Below, piece by piece: positions 31,872 to 46,582 of a DNA stretch of 64,000 bases (position 1 is its first letter; the number at the start of each line of letters is the position of its first letter). The position numbers and the translations under genes were made by a program. Below the pieces are notes generated by a model that was not told where the DNA came from, searched no databases, and saw only the letters and a list, made by a program, of their open reading frames with translations. The DNA is from Piromyces finnis finn (Eukaryota > Fungi > Neocallimastigomycota), in NCBI GenBank assembly GCA_002104945.1, contig MCFH01000018.1, positions 794,915-858,914 on the forward strand, read 5' to 3'.

Positions 31872-31881
31872 TACGCGGGAA
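31872..31881 (-). promoter_or_regulatory. E2F/MCB-like element TTCCCGCGTA upstream of ZW10
   Basis: CGCG-core motif ~455 bp upstream of the putative ZW10 ATG; CGCG is very rare in this window. Function is inferred only. Confidence 0.25.
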
Positions 31882-32059
31882 TAACTACAAAATGAATAAA
31901 TAATGGAAAAAAGAAAAAACATTTTTCTTTAAACCTTATTTTTTAATATTATATATACATTATGTATTTAATCACTATATGTATTAAAATCCCTATATAA
32001 TTTAATGAATATATACTATTGATTTTCTAATTTTCTTTTTTTCTATAAATCTATGTTTA

Positions 32060-33302
32060 TTATGACATTTCAATATTATTTAAAATTCTATTATTTTCTT
32101 CATTATCTTCCTGACTATCTTTTCTACAGTATCCATGATGACGTTGATATGGAATGTCTGAGTGTTCACTATATAAACTTGGGAAATAGTAAAAGTAAGT
32201 TAAAACACCAAAGACAAATCCTAATAAACTACCAACGGTAACATCTTCCCAATGATGACGGTAATCAAATACTCTTGATAAAGCAACTGTAATAGCAACA
32301 AAATATGGAAGAGAAATGACAAAGTATTTCCAGATATAACTCTTTTTATCCATTAAATTAATTTGACCAGCAATAAAGAGTGATAAATAAGTCATTGCAC
32401 TAAAGATGTCTATATATTAATTTAATATCAATTTAAAAATTAAGATTTATCAAAAATAGTTTGATTTTTATATGTAAACTTACAGCTAGAGTGACCAGAT
32501 GGGAAACTTCTTCTTTCTTCATTTAGATCTTTTTTTGATGTTCTACATATAGTTGTGTTGTATAGGTTTCTTGGTCCATAGCTAATACTACTTGAGACAT
32601 TATACTTATTATATAATTCTTGAACCTTTTCAAAATCTACATCACAAACATCAATAAAATCTGGTCTGTATCTACCAACAAACATCTTTTTTATTATTAT
32701 TATTATTAAAATATTTATTAATATATAATATATGATTATTATATACAAAATATTTATTAATTTTTTATTTTTTTAATAATAATTACTTTTATGACATGAG
32801 CAAAAAGGGTGGAAATAGTAATAGCGAATAAGGCACCTATTTTATATACAATATTTATTAATTATATTTTAAATTCAAAAGTATTTAAAAACGAAAATTA
32901 TTTATATTTTTTATAAAAAAATACCCATGAGAGCTTGGTGAAAATTGTATCTTGTAAACTTTTTGATGTTAAAACCTGCAATTATAATAATAATGACAAG
33001 AGAACTTACACCCTATTTTTATTTATGTAATGATTTATTATTAAGTTAATCGTTCCATATTTTTTTTATTTTGTTTGGCTTTTTATATTTTTAAAGTAAT
33101 GTAACAAAAGAATTCTTACAACAAGAGGTCCCATTTTGAAAGTATCTCCTTTATGTGGATGACTAATAGTGATGTCATCAAGTTTGAATTGTCTTTCAAA
33201 AGGTGGAACATAAGCTGTTATTCCAAGTAAAACAATGGCTATTATTAATGTTACCCAATCAATTAAAAAATGGTTAGATTTTTTATTTTGTTCATCACTC
33301 AT
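32060..33302 (-). CDS. DPP1: PAP2-family lipid phosphate phosphatase (DPP1/LPP1-like), copy 1
   Basis: Spliced catalytic motifs K-MFVGRY-RP, SFPSGHSS and SRVFDYRHHWEDV; several hydrophobic transmembrane segments. Confidence 0.92.
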
Positions 33303-35334
33303 TTTGTATAAATTTGCTTTTTTTTTACTTTCTTTCTTTTTTCTTTTTTAAATGGATTGTTTAATTTTATTTTACTTTTAAATTTTACTTTTTATTTTTA
33401 TTAAAAATTTTTTTACAGAATTTGAGTAATATTTTTTATCTTTTATAGTTTATTTTTTTTTATTTTCTTTTAATATATAAACACACAATAACTCTATTAA
33501 ATATATATTATATTATATTACAATATATTAGAAAAATAAAATACAAACATATTGTTTATTCTGTACATCATATACATTATACATAGCATTTTATTGGTTT
33601 TATTTAAATTTTATAGAAATTTCAACTGCAATATAAATAAATTAATTCTAACTTTTATATATCAATTATTAATATATTAAAATGTATTATAATATATTAT
33701 ACTTAAATGGATAGAATATATTTAATATATTCAATCAATTAAAGTTAATAAAAAATAAACTTTTTGAAAGGAGAGAAAATTTTAATAAAAAAAAAAGTTA
33801 CAGAAATTCTATAGGTAACAATTACAATATAATACAATAATGTATACATTGTTTCAAATTTCTTTAATGTACGGTTTAATTATTAATTAATTAAAAATAA
33901 ATTAAAAGAATAAGGATTAAAAAATAAATTAAATATCACAAAAAAGTGTAAAATAAAAGTGTAGCAAAAATGAAGAATAAATGTAACATAGCACTAAAAA
34001 GTATATAATGATAACTACAGGTAAATAAGAATTTATGTAGTTGTATAATTGTTAGTGTGGAATTTACATTCATTGGCAAAAATATATACATTATAATGTC
34101 TTTTTTTTTTTCATTTTATTAAACTAATTATTACTAGTATTAAAATAGGAGAATATTCCCTAGTGCCATCAAATTGTCAACATAACATATTATTTAAAAG
34201 TTTTTTAATTCTATTATTAAAATGATGGGCAGTACATCGTTTGAACGAGGTAAAGTTTTATTTTCTTTTATATAATTACTTTTATTATTTGCATGTATAT
34301 GTTTTTTGTTTAAAAAAAATAATTTTATTGTTAGAGCAAATCAAAACAAATAAAGAAAAAATTTAATATTTAACAAGTATTAATGATATTTGTAAAGACA
34401 TTATTGTATATTGTACGCTCAAATATAATCAATATTTTCAAAATTACAAAAAATAAAAAATAAAAAAATATTGAGTTACTACTAATATAAAAAATTAATG
34501 TAGAATGAGTTAAATAACTTTGTTGAAATGAAAATTAGTTATTTACTTTGTTTTGATTCTTCATTATCCATCAAGGATAAACTTATATACTGTTTTAAAT
34601 ATTATTTAAATACATATTTAATATAAAGTTGATAAAAAGATAGAGTTAGAATATTTTTTCAAATCAAAAATATGAAAAAAGAAAACAGAAAAAGAAAACT
34701 AATCGAAAAAAAAGATTTAATAATATTCTAAGCATTATTTAGGATAGTTTAGGATAGTTAAATGGATATCATCTATATTTAATTCTTATCATTATCATCA
34801 AAAATAAACTATTTTTAAAAAATATCGTTTATGGATGGGTACATGTATTTTTTTTTTTTTTTTTTAATAAAATATATTTAATAAGTTTTTTTTTTAAAAA
34901 AAAAATAATATATACATAGTGGTATAAAACTATAAAACTTACATTCAAAAATGATAGTAATAATATTTAAAAAGAAAAAGAAAATAAAATATTTTCTACT
35001 TTTTCTTAAAGATTCAAAAAAATAACTTATTATATAAAACTTTAAAGAATCGAATGATTAATTACTGCTATTCATATATTTCTATTCTATCTTATTTTTT
35101 TTATCCTTGATAGTTAAATAGGGTATATATAAATTATCTTTTATTAAAATCTTCACAAGTCTTTTAAACCATTATCCATAATTTATATCATCCAAATTTA
35201 TATTTGTTCATAAATATCTATAATATCTATATCCATGATATCCATTATCTTTTTCTTCTTTATCTTCTTTTTCTTCTTCTTTTTTTTTTTTTTTTTTGGT
35301 AATTTATAAAATGATTATTTATATGTATATATAT

Positions 35335-36767
35335 TTAAACATGAACATCAACATCAATTACCTCATTTTCTCTATCTCTAAATATTGGCAAAGTTTTTCC
35401 AGGTTGATCACTTAATATATTATACTTTGTAAGTCGTCCTTGTAATTGTTTATATGGTTCTAAACTATTTAAGAATGGGAAATAATAAAAGTAGGATAGA
35501 ACAGAAAAAAATATACCAATGAATGAACCTACTACGATATCTTGCCAATGATGACGATAATCAGATATTCTAGTTATTGCAATATATAAAGCAAGTATAT
35601 TTGGTGCTAATGCGGCAACTAACTTCCAGAATATGTAATTACCATCATATAAGTGAATTTTTCCAGCAAGGAATAAAGATAAAAAGGTTAATGTGGAAAA
35701 TGCAACTGTATTCATAATATAAAATAGAAATAAATATATTTTAATGTATACATAAATAATAATGAATATATTTTAAAAAATAGTAATGCATATATATTTA
35801 TAGAATATATATCATATAATATTATATAATATTATGATTTAATATTAGATTTTGATATATTAGAAATAGTATTATATATATATTTCTAGTTACATGAAGA
35901 ATGCCCTGATGGAAAACTTTTTCTTCCTTCATCAATAACAGAGGTATCAGGATTTGTACAAATTGTGGTATTATATAAATTTCTTGGTCCAAAATCAATT
36001 TTATTAGAAAATTTGTATGAATTATATATTTCTTCAACCTTGGTAATATTAACTTGACATCTTGAAATAAAATCAGGTCTATATCTTCCTACTGATACCT
36101 ATAATAATTTATTTCATGATTTATTTTAATTTATTAAAAGTATTTATTAATTTATATATATATATATAATTCTAGTTTCCAATTGAAATTTTGAGTATAA
36201 AAATATAATAATAAAATATCTTTAAAAATCTTACTTTAATCAATGTCGTAACAAACATGGTTAAAGAAATGGATACACAAAATCCTATTTTATATAATAT
36301 TTTTATTTTTTATTGTGGATAAACATATTAAAATTTTGAAAAATTTATAACAAATAAAATAAAAATAATGATTTTACAAAGTTTATTTTAGATATATTAC
36401 CCATAATGGATTGGTGAAGACTATATTTTAAATCTTTGGTATAAGTATGATAACAAACTATTAATATTACTGGTAATCCAACTGTGCAAAACTATTTATA
36501 TTATTTATTATGTTATATGTAAGTATTAATTGAAGAATTGAAAATAAAGTCTTTTATTTATTTATATAAAATTCATACAATCAACAATGGGACAGAAAAT
36601 GATTCTCCTTCCTTATATGGATGACTTATGGTATCATCGTTAAGTCTAAATTCCCTTTCAAAAGGTTTAATTATAGCAAATGGTACTGTAGCAATGATAA
36701 CAAGAAGAATGAAAATCCAATCCAAAATGAAAGACATTTGAACTTTTTGAAATGTAATTAATGCCAT
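35335..36767 (-). CDS. DPP1: PAP2-family lipid phosphate phosphatase (DPP1/LPP1-like), copy 2
   Basis: Spliced motifs K-VSVGRY-RP, SFPSGHSS and TRISDYRHHWQDI; introns at the same positions as in copy 1. Confidence 0.92.
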
Positions 36768-38669
36768 TTTCTATTTTAATATATATTTTATTTTCTTTAC
36801 TGTTTAAAATTAAGGGGGAAATACAATATTTATTTGTTGCTAAATTTGAATAAAATGGAAGTGCTTAAAAATTATAATATTTCAATTTTTCTTTTTTCTT
36901 TTTTTTTTTTTTTTTACTTTATATAAAGCTTCTTCTATTATCAATTAATTTATTAAAAAATCATTGTATTTTTTTTTTAAAAAAAAATCTATTATTTAAA
37001 AAAGAAAAAAAAAAAAGTATTTTTACTTGTTATTCACTATTATACTGTTATTTTCAATGTTCTTTTATAATTTATTTAATAACTGTTTATACCTTCTATA
37101 TATAATTGCTATTTATAAATGTTTGATAAATTCAATGTTTTATTGAATAAATGGTACTATTCAATACAATGAATACTATCTCTGTTAATAATGAAATCGT
37201 ATCGTATGATATGATATTTTAAGGGTTTTTAAGATATATAGTAGATTGATGTTATTATAACTTTTTATTTTCTTTTTTTGTTTTTTTAAAAAAAAAAAAA
37301 TAATTCCCACAAAATTTACTGTAATTTATTGTGTTCAATTAATCTTTTTTTTATTATTAATATTAATATATTTATTAATTATTAATATATATATTTATTA
37401 TATATAATTCATTATTAATTATAAAATAAGATTATAATTGTAACCTTTTTCAAACAAAAAAGAAATGAAAGAATAAAAAAAAAAAAAAATATGGAAATAT
37501 TATCAGTAATACTTTATCCATTTAGAAATAAAATAGATAAAAAAAACTCAATTATATAATTATAAAAAAAAGTATTCAATATTGCAAAGTAAAAATGTTA
37601 GTGTTTTTTTTTTTAAAAAGTAAATGATCAAGGATTTTCATAATAATTAAAGTTTTAATTATGAATTTGTATCCTCTCAGTGAATTGAAATAGAAAATGA
37701 AGTTTTTTTTTTTTTTTTTTTTCATTAAACATATTTCTAACTAATAATGAAATTAAAAAAAAAAAAAGCTTAAATATTATCATTGAATAATAATAGCAAA
37801 GTTGCATTATCAAAGTTACAAAGTCAATAATAAGAATATTAGCACTATTACAAATATTAGCTAATTTTCGATTAAAAAAATAAGTTGTATTATTAAAGAA
37901 TAAAATATAAATAAAATAAAAATAATAAATAAAAAATTAAATATATATATTACATATAAAAAAAAAAAGTAGTAATGATTATTATAATTATTAAAATGAA
38001 TCATTATATAGTCATTATTCAAAGTTACATTTGCTTTTTTTTTTTTCATAACAATTTTATTTATAATAAATATTTTTTTTTTTTTTGTTGTTAATGTATT
38101 ACACTCTTGGTGTGTGCGTGTGTCTGTGCTTTTGAAATAACAAAAAAAGCAAGGAATGCATCAAAAAAAAAAAATTTTTTTTGGTATAATCCATAAAACT
38201 AATAAATAAAATTTTAATATTTTTTTCTGGTAAAAAAAACTTATTTTTATATATAAATAACTAAAAATCTTTAATTTTTCTATTCAACCTTTTTTTTAAA
38301 AAAAAAAAAAAATCATCATAATAATTAAAGAGATTGTAGTATTTTGTAATTTAGTACTTTTTTATTTCTTAATAGCAATATATTACCTAAAAATAATTTA
38401 ATATTTTATACCTTAATATTCTAAATCTTAGAAAGATATATAAAAAGAAATAATAATTTATTAATTATTAGTAATTTATAATTACACAAATAAAATAAAT
38501 CATATTAAAATCACATATTTATTTATTTTATTAAGCTTTATTTTTATTTTTAGTGAATTTCAATATATATACACATATATATATTCAATTTGTATTATAA
38601 TACATTATAGTTGTAAATTAAAGATAAATAAATAAACATATAAATATATATATATATATATTTTAAAAA

Positions 38670-40382
38670 ATGGAATCATATGCAATTCAATTGAAAAAGA
38701 AAAGGAAATTAAATAATAGAGAGGATTTAGAAGAATTAAAATCACTACGAAATGAAACTATAGCAATAAAACAAGATACTCTATGTACCATAGATAATTT
38801 ACAATTTCAGTCAGGAGAATTAAATAAACAACTTAATAAATTAGATAATGCCATAAATTATCTTCAAGATACATATCACCTATACACTGAGCGTCCAGCA
38901 GCATTGACAAAAAATAACAAAAATACCAGAAAATCATATAATAATTTTTCTGCAGAAATTATATATAAAATATGTAGTTATTTGGAAGTAAGAGAAGATA
39001 TCTTATCTTGTCTTTTTGTTAATAAAGCATGGAGTTGTGAAGCAATGAAAGTAATTTACAATGATATTGTTTCTCCACCAGATGAATTTTTCTGGAGAAT
39101 TAATGTGATGAGTGAACGACAAAACACATCCAACCGAATTCAAGAAGTCAGCCCATCAGAATGGAATAAACCTATCGAAAAAAATGATAATTTTGAACAT
39201 CCTAACGAAGATTGTTTAAAAAATTGGAGGCCAACTATCAATATTAAAAGTATTTCGTTTGATGAACAACTAAATTTCGAACATTTCTATTTAATGGCTT
39301 CTTCTCCCCTCTTTTCTAACCTAATTCAATTAGAATTTAATGATATTGAGGATATACCAGCAACTTTTATCGATGTATTAACTCATTGTAATAAACTAAA
39401 AAGTTTAATAATACATAATTGTACCTTCCAAATTCCTAGTATGTTGGTATTACAAGCAATATCGCAATTGAAACAATTGACGGATTTAGAATTTGACTAT
39501 GTTATGGTCGATGCCGATGAAGAAGAATACTATGAAGCCTGGTCTTCAATATTTAAAAATTGTAAACTATTAAAGAACGTTGTATTACAATGTTGTCGAT
39601 GCATTCCCACCACATTACCTCTATTTAATTCATTATGTAGTAATCTTCGAAAGTTGGAAATGAAACATACCGAAGTAAATATGAGTGCCTATATACCAGC
39701 GATATCAAAATACTGTCCTAACCTTGTTCATATTTCATTCAATGGGGATGGTATGACCAATGAATTAGTGTTTCAATTGGTACAAGGATGTCAAAATATC
39801 AAGAATTTAGATCTTCTTTCATGTAGTATTATTACTGATAAAGCATTATTTGCCATAGCTGACCATTTAAAAAATTTAGAAGAAATTCGATTAGATCGAT
39901 GCCATAATCTCACAGAAGAAGGTTTTATTACTTTAGTACAAAGTTGTCAAAATCTACGTACCATCTATTTAGGGGACAATCAAGAAATTATTACTGATCG
40001 TATTATTCATCATTTATCGAGATGTTGTCCCCTCCTTCATACCGTTGACATCAGTAATTGTAATGCTATTAGTGATAGAGGTATTTGTGCTCTCGCCAGA
40101 AATTGTAAAAATTTACGCACATTAGATTTGAGTGGATTGGATGGTATCACCAAAAAATCTCTTTGGTGGATATCCGAATATCACTATAATAGTTTAGAAA
40201 AATTGTCGATAGGAGGTTGTGTCCTTCTCACTGATGATGAAACTGTAAATATTTTAAAACATTTTAAAAATCTAAACTATTTATCCGCATCATTAGACAC
40301 AACGAATAATGCATCTGTGATAGAATATTTATCTTTACAACATCAAGATTTTAATTATATTCCATATCGTATTATTGTATAA
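38670..40382 (+). CDS. F-box/leucine-rich-repeat protein (FBXL type), intronless, 570 aa
   Basis: F-box-like FSAEIIYKICSYL...LSCLFVNKAW; cysteine-containing LRRs (LDLLSCSIITDKAL, LDRCHNLTEEG, DISNCNAISDRG); N-terminal KKKRK and a heptad-rich segment. Confidence 0.88.
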   Translation: MESYAIQLKKKRKLNNREDLEELKSLRNETIAIKQDTLCTIDNLQFQSGELNKQLNKLDNAINYLQDTYHLYTERPAALTKNNKNTRKSYNNFSAEIIYKICSYLEVREDILSCLFVNKAWSCEAMKVIYNDIVSPPDEFFWRINVMSERQNTSNRIQEVSPSEWNKPIEKNDNFEHPNEDCLKNWRPTINIKSISFDEQLNFEHFYLMASSPLFSNLIQLEFNDIEDIPATFIDVLTHCNKLKSLIIHNCTFQIPSMLVLQAISQLKQLTDLEFDYVMVDADEEEYYEAWSSIFKNCKLLKNVVLQCCRCIPTTLPLFNSLCSNLRKLEMKHTEVNMSAYIPAISKYCPNLVHISFNGDGMTNELVFQLVQGCQNIKNLDLLSCSIITDKALFAIADHLKNLEEIRLDRCHNLTEEGFITLVQSCQNLRTIYLGDNQEIITDRIIHHLSRCCPLLHTVDISNCNAISDRGICALARNCKNLRTLDLSGLDGITKKSLWWISEYHYNSLEKLSIGGCVLLTDDETVNILKHFKNLNYLSASLDTTNNASVIEYLSLQHQDFNYIPYRIIV

Positions 40383-41662
40383 ATGAATGAATGAAAAAAA
40401 AAAAAAAAACGTTTTTATTAATTAAAATGTTATACCGTACGCTCAATTTTCTTATACTCTATTTCATTACTATTTTTTTTTAAAAAAAAAATGTATATAA
40501 AATATTTTTCATAAAGATGTCTATGTAGATAGTAATAACATTAAAAAAAAAAAAAAATCTTCTAATAATGAAAAATAAAAATAAAAAAATCAAATAGAAT
40601 TATATATAATGCAAGTGTCCCCTTTAAAAACATTATAATATATAAATAAAATAAATGTTTTTCTTTCAATCATCCTTAATAAAATTAAAGTTATTTTTTA
40701 TAATAATATAATTATTTAATTGAAATTTTTTATTATGATATATTATATTTTATTAATAATAATTTTATTATTATTAATTTAATGATTTATTGACTTTTTA
40801 TTATTAAATATGAGAAAGGAAATAAATTTATTTATGAGCTATGACCAATAATTGGTATATTACTTCTTTAATATTAAAGACTATTTTCAATATATATATA
40901 TGTAATTTTCCATAATATGCAATGTACTCAATGCATAATGCATATGAATTTCTAATTTATCAAAATAAATCTTCAATTTTAATTCTAAAAAAAAAAAAAA
41001 AAAAAGAAATAAAGAAAGAAAAAAAGATAATCACATCGTTAACATCATCTCATATTTAAATTTTTGAATTTTTTATTTTTTCTAATTATGTATTAAATAT
41101 CTTTTTTTTTTAAATATTAAATAAAAATATAATAATAAAATGAAAATAATAGTTTTATTATTATAATTCGTTTTCATTTAAAAATTGTATTTAAAAAAAA
41201 AGGATTAAGGATTTCATCATTAATAATTTCATCAATCCTTTTTTTTTTTTTTTTACATTTTTATAATTTACTTATTAAACTTATATCAAGGATATCTCCC
41301 TTCAATTTAAACATATACGTATTAAAACCTTATTATTTTCTTTTAACTATTGAATGATATTTTTTTTTTTTTTTTAATTTATGATTTTTAATTATTAAAC
41401 TATTTACATTATTATATTTTAAAGAATGAATTAATAATTTAGAGTTTATTAATTGTAATAGTATAATTATTAAAAAGTAAAATTATTTAGTATTATACCT
41501 ATAATATTGAGGAAGAGTTTAAATAAAATAAAAAAAAAAAAAAGTTATTTTTAAAATTTATGTTTTATTTTATGTATTATTATCAGCATTATACATAATC
41601 ATTATATATAATACATATACATCGATGGATAATTATATGCCATTTTACATTCTATCTTTTCA

Positions 41663-41864
<202 letters not shown>

Positions 41865-42987
41865 GTATCAATTCTAAGAGTATTTTCATGGTTAAAGTTA
41901 ATCAATAATAATAATAGTAATAATAGTAATGATAACAATGATAATAATATTCTTATTACTTTATAAATAAAAAAAAACATGTATATATACACATCCCATG
42001 CTGAGGCGAGGGTGGTGTAAGTGAGTGTGTATGTGTGTTTTTTAAATAGTCTTTAATGAACGGTTTAATTATGAAAATTAATTCATTCTTTTTTAAAATG
42101 TACTTTAATATATTAAATAAATATATAAAAATTAATAAAAATTAATTAAAATTTATTTGTTAAAAAGTTTAAAAAAGAAAATTAAAATAAATTATTATTA
42201 AAATCTTTTTCGATTTTCTTTTTTTATTTTTTATTTTAAATAATAGTTAACAAAAAAAAAAAAAGAAAGTGTTGTTTTTGAAAATACAATGTAAAAAGAA
42301 AAGATAAAACTTTTATTAATTGTGAAAAAGAAAAGAAAGAAATATTAATATATATCGATAAAAATAAAATAAAAATTGTTTTTTTTTTAAATAGTTTATT
42401 ATAACTCTTTGAACAAATAAAAAAAAAAAAAAAACTCTAAAGAAATTTAATTTTATAAAGGTAATAAAAATAAATAATTTTTATATAAATTCGAAATTAG
42501 ATAAAGTATTATTTTGAAAAGTTGTTTTTTTAATGACAATATATGACACTTTTTATTATTATTATTATTTTATTTAAATATTGTGTAATTATTAATAGAA
42601 AAAGGAAAGAATTTTTAAAAAGTGTTTTTATATATATTAAATATTTTTATTCCTTAAAGTATAAATTAAAATTTCAAACCATATTTTATAGGTATAATTT
42701 TTTAATTTATAAATATGTATATATGTATATATTTTTATATAATTTCAATTTCAAAAAATAAATATTATAATAAGTTTGAAAAAAAAAAAAAAAAAAAAGT
42801 AGTATTAAACCATATTATGAAGAAATCCCTTACTCTCTATATATACATATATACAAATTATATTAACATTTAAACTATATCTAATATATCATTTTTATTC
42901 TATAACTATTTATGACATTGAATATTCATTTGATATTTTGCAACATAGTATTTTAAAAGATTTCTTCTCAATTATTTATAATATAGA

Positions 42988-43805
42988 ATGAAAGCTAAAA
43001 CACTTCAAATTCATTGGCATGATAGACAGCCAATTTTTTCAATAGATTTTGAACCATGTGGTAAAGGAAGACTAGCAACAGCAGGAGGAGATGAAAATGT
43101 TAGAGTATGTTTAAAAAAAAAAAGTTAAATTTTATACAGACAATACAAAAACAACAATGATAATAAACAAATAATAAACTTAAAATTTTTATGTATAATA
43201 ATTAAAAAAAATATTTTATAAAATGCTTCAATTTAATATATTTTTAAATAATAATTATAATAATAATGTGCATTAAAAGATTTGGAAGATTATAAAAGAA
43301 AATAATGAACCTCCACATATTGAATATCTTTCAAGCTTAAATAGACATACTGCTTCAGTTAACGTTGTTCGTTTTTCACCAAAAGGTAAATAAAATTGAA
43401 TGTATACCTAAAAAATGCTTGGATATTACACCAAATTATATTGAAATTTCAATTATAAATGAATCAAAATTTCAAAGATGTATTATTAATATATTTATTT
43501 TTTTTTTCTTTATTATCCTACTTGTCATATTAGGTGCTATATTGGCATCCGCTGGAGATGGTATTTATTATATAAAATATAAAATAATACTATTAAATTA
43601 TATAATTTAGTAATAAAAAGTTCACACTAATTTATTTTATGTTTTCTTTTTTATAATAAATGTGTTTATTAATTCTACCTTTTTTATAAAATAATTATAG
43701 ATGGTAATATTATTTTATGGCAACAAAGTGAACAAAAGGAAGTTGTATTTGGGGAAACGGAAGATAATTTTAATAAAGAGTCATGGAGAATTGTTAGTAT
43801 GTTAA

Positions 43806-43854
<49 letters not shown>

Positions 43855-46033
43855 CAATAAATAACAACAACAACAACAACAACAACAATAATAATAATAA
43901 TAAATCAATAAATAACAACAATAATAATAATTATAATAATATTTTTTTATTCATCTGCGTAAATTTAAACTCATTAGAGGAAGTTCAGATATCTATGATA
44001 TTGCTTGGTCTCCTGATGCTAAATATATTTTGTCTGGTGCCATTGATAATACAGCAAAAATATGGGATGTCAAAAAAAGTAAATTTTTTTTTTTTTTTCA
44101 AATTTTGATTAATTCTATTTTATAATAAAAGTAATACGACAACTTTATATATTTTTTAAAGGATAATATTTTAAATTTTTTATTTTTTTTTATATTATCA
44201 ACATTTTTAAAATTAGATGCATTAATATATAACATTTGTGATCATAGTCACTTTGTACAAGGTGTTGCCTGGGATCCTTTGGGTGAATATATTGCTACAC
44301 AAAGTAGTGATAGATACGTCAATGTTTATTCTTATCAAGTTAAAAAGAATGGTACTATGACCGTCACTAATATAGGAAAATTTTCAAAAATGGATATTAA
44401 AACAAAAGTAGAAAATACAGAACAAGATAATAAGGAAGAATCATCAATAAATGAAAAAAAAACTGCTGATTCAACTTCAACAACCACAGTCACTCCTATA
44501 AATAATAGCAATTCTAGTAATAATAATATCAACAATACACTATCCTCCTCTTCTTCTTCCTCCTCTTCTTCAAATAATAATATGTTACCTCCTCCACCCT
44601 CACCGAAACGAGCTAAAGTAAACACTTCACCAATAATATCCCCAATTAATCTATCTGTAAATAATTCACCAGTAAAATCATCACCAACAGAAAGTACGGC
44701 AAAATTAGCAAATAATACCTCTACTTCTGTAAATCTCAACCCTTCTTCTTCCCAAACGAAAGTTCAAATTAAATCAAATCGTATATACCATGATGAAACC
44801 TTAACATCCTTCTTTAGACGTCTTTCCTTTACCTCGGATGGTTCATTACTTCTTACTCCAGCAGGACAATACCGTGGATGTATATTGCCTGTAAGTAAAA
44901 AGAAGGATGATACCTCTTCCTCTGCCCAACCAGATTTAAAAAATACAGTTTATATTTATACTCGTGGTGGATTAAACAGGTAAATATTTGATATATAGTA
45001 AAAATAAAAAAATATCTATAATATTTATTGGGATATATAACCAATATCTATACCTTCCTATATATCTAAAATAAATAATTAATGAAATATTAATTTTAAT
45101 ATTATTTAAAATTTTATTATTTATAATATGAATATGAATATTATTATAATAACTCTTTCTTTTTGTAAAAATATATATATATTTTTTGATCTTTTAAATA
45201 TCTCTTATTTAATGTTTATTTGGCAACAAAAGATTACCAATGGCTCATTTACCAGGACATAAAAAACCAGCCATTGCTGTTCGTTGTAATCCAGTTAAAT
45301 ATAAACTTCGCAATTATAAAAAAGAGGATATGGATACCACCGATACAAGTTCTACATCTTCTACCACTAAATCAAAAACCAATTCATTTATTAATTTACC
45401 TTATCGTTTAATTTATGCTGTTGCTACTCAAGATTCTGTTTTAATCTATGATACACAACAAACTACACCATTAGTATTATTAACTAATTTACATTATGCT
45501 ACCTTTACTGATATTGCATGGTAAATAATAATAATAGCATTTTTAAATAATGAATAAAATAGTTTATATAAAAATAGTTACCCATTACCATTGCTTTTTT
45601 TATCCAAAATTTAAATTTATATATGCTGACTTAAAATAAAACTATTTCTATATATTTTAATTTTTTTTTTTCTCAAAATAAAATATATTTTATTTTAAAT
45701 ATTATTTTAAAATTTTAAAAGGTCCTATGATGGATGTACTTTAATGTTAGCCTCTACCGATGGCTATTGTTCTATTGTATCTTTTGAAAAGAATGAACTT
45801 GGTGAACTCTATGAAAGTAATCAACCTGTTGATTTCACCAATGAAGATCCAATGACGGTTAAGACTATTGTAACTACTATACCAACTAAAATTGCACAAC
45901 CCTCAACAAACGTTAATAATATTAATACTATAAGCCAATCATTAATTAAAAGAAAGTCACAACTATCCCAAGATAATAATACTTCTATTTCTTCCCTTTC
46001 TCCAGTGAAAATTGATGAAACAGTAAATATAAC

Positions 46034-46128
<95 letters not shown>

Positions 46129-46582
46129 ATAGTAGTAGTAGTAATGATAATGAACTATTAAAATAGATAGTTAATCACTAGTCATTTAATATTTTAAATA
46201 TTTTGTATACAAAACCACGTTTTATTATTTAATAGCAGCCACATCTTATTAATAATTTTCCTTTTTTTTTTTTTTTCTGTTTTATTTAAAGGAATCCCTT
46301 CAAAAATTTATTACTCCGCCTGAAACTCCAAGTTCCAGCGTTGATCCTGAAATTAATAATAAACGTGATTTTTCAGAAATGAGTGAATCAATATTTACTA
46401 CCACAACTAAAATTAATAAAATCAATAATTCAATGTTATCTACTAATTCCACGTCTTCCATGGCAAGTATTATTGAAACAAAACCTTCAACTTCAAATAT
46501 AAATGATAAATCAACTCCAATTTCACCTACCCAAAATAAAAAGAAGCGTAGAATTACTCCACAGTTAATATCAGGACTTTAA
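42988..46582 (+). CDS. CAC2: Chromatin assembly factor 1 subunit B (p60/Cac2), WD40 protein, multi-exon
   Basis: MKAKTLQIHWHDRQPIFSIDF...LSSLNRHTASVNVVRFSP...HSHFVQGVAWDPLGEYIATQSSDR...SFFRRLSFTSDGSLLLTPAG matches CHAF1B/Cac2. C-terminal KKRRITPQLIS resembles the Asf1-binding B-domain. Includes a 27-nt exon at 43534-43560. Confidence 0.93.
43808..43940. repeat. Compound (AAT)n/(AAC)n microsatellite in a CAC2 intron
   Basis: An AAT run, then a repeated aaatcaataaataacaac spacer and AAC runs. Confidence 0.85.
46035..46126. repeat. (AAT)n microsatellite, ~30 units, in the last CAC2 intron
   Basis: Lies between the donor at ~46024 (ACA|gtaaat) and the acceptor at ~46291 (aag|GAATCC). Confidence 0.9.

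Noticed and set aside
38670-40382. Intronless F-box gene as a retrocopy
   Set aside because: No poly-A/TSD evidence, and 2-3 kb exons occur in neighbouring intron-containing genes.
41640-41655. 16-bp inverted match (atagaatgtaaaatgg) with 61503-61518
   Set aside because: A match of this length is expected roughly once by chance in 64 kb at this base composition.
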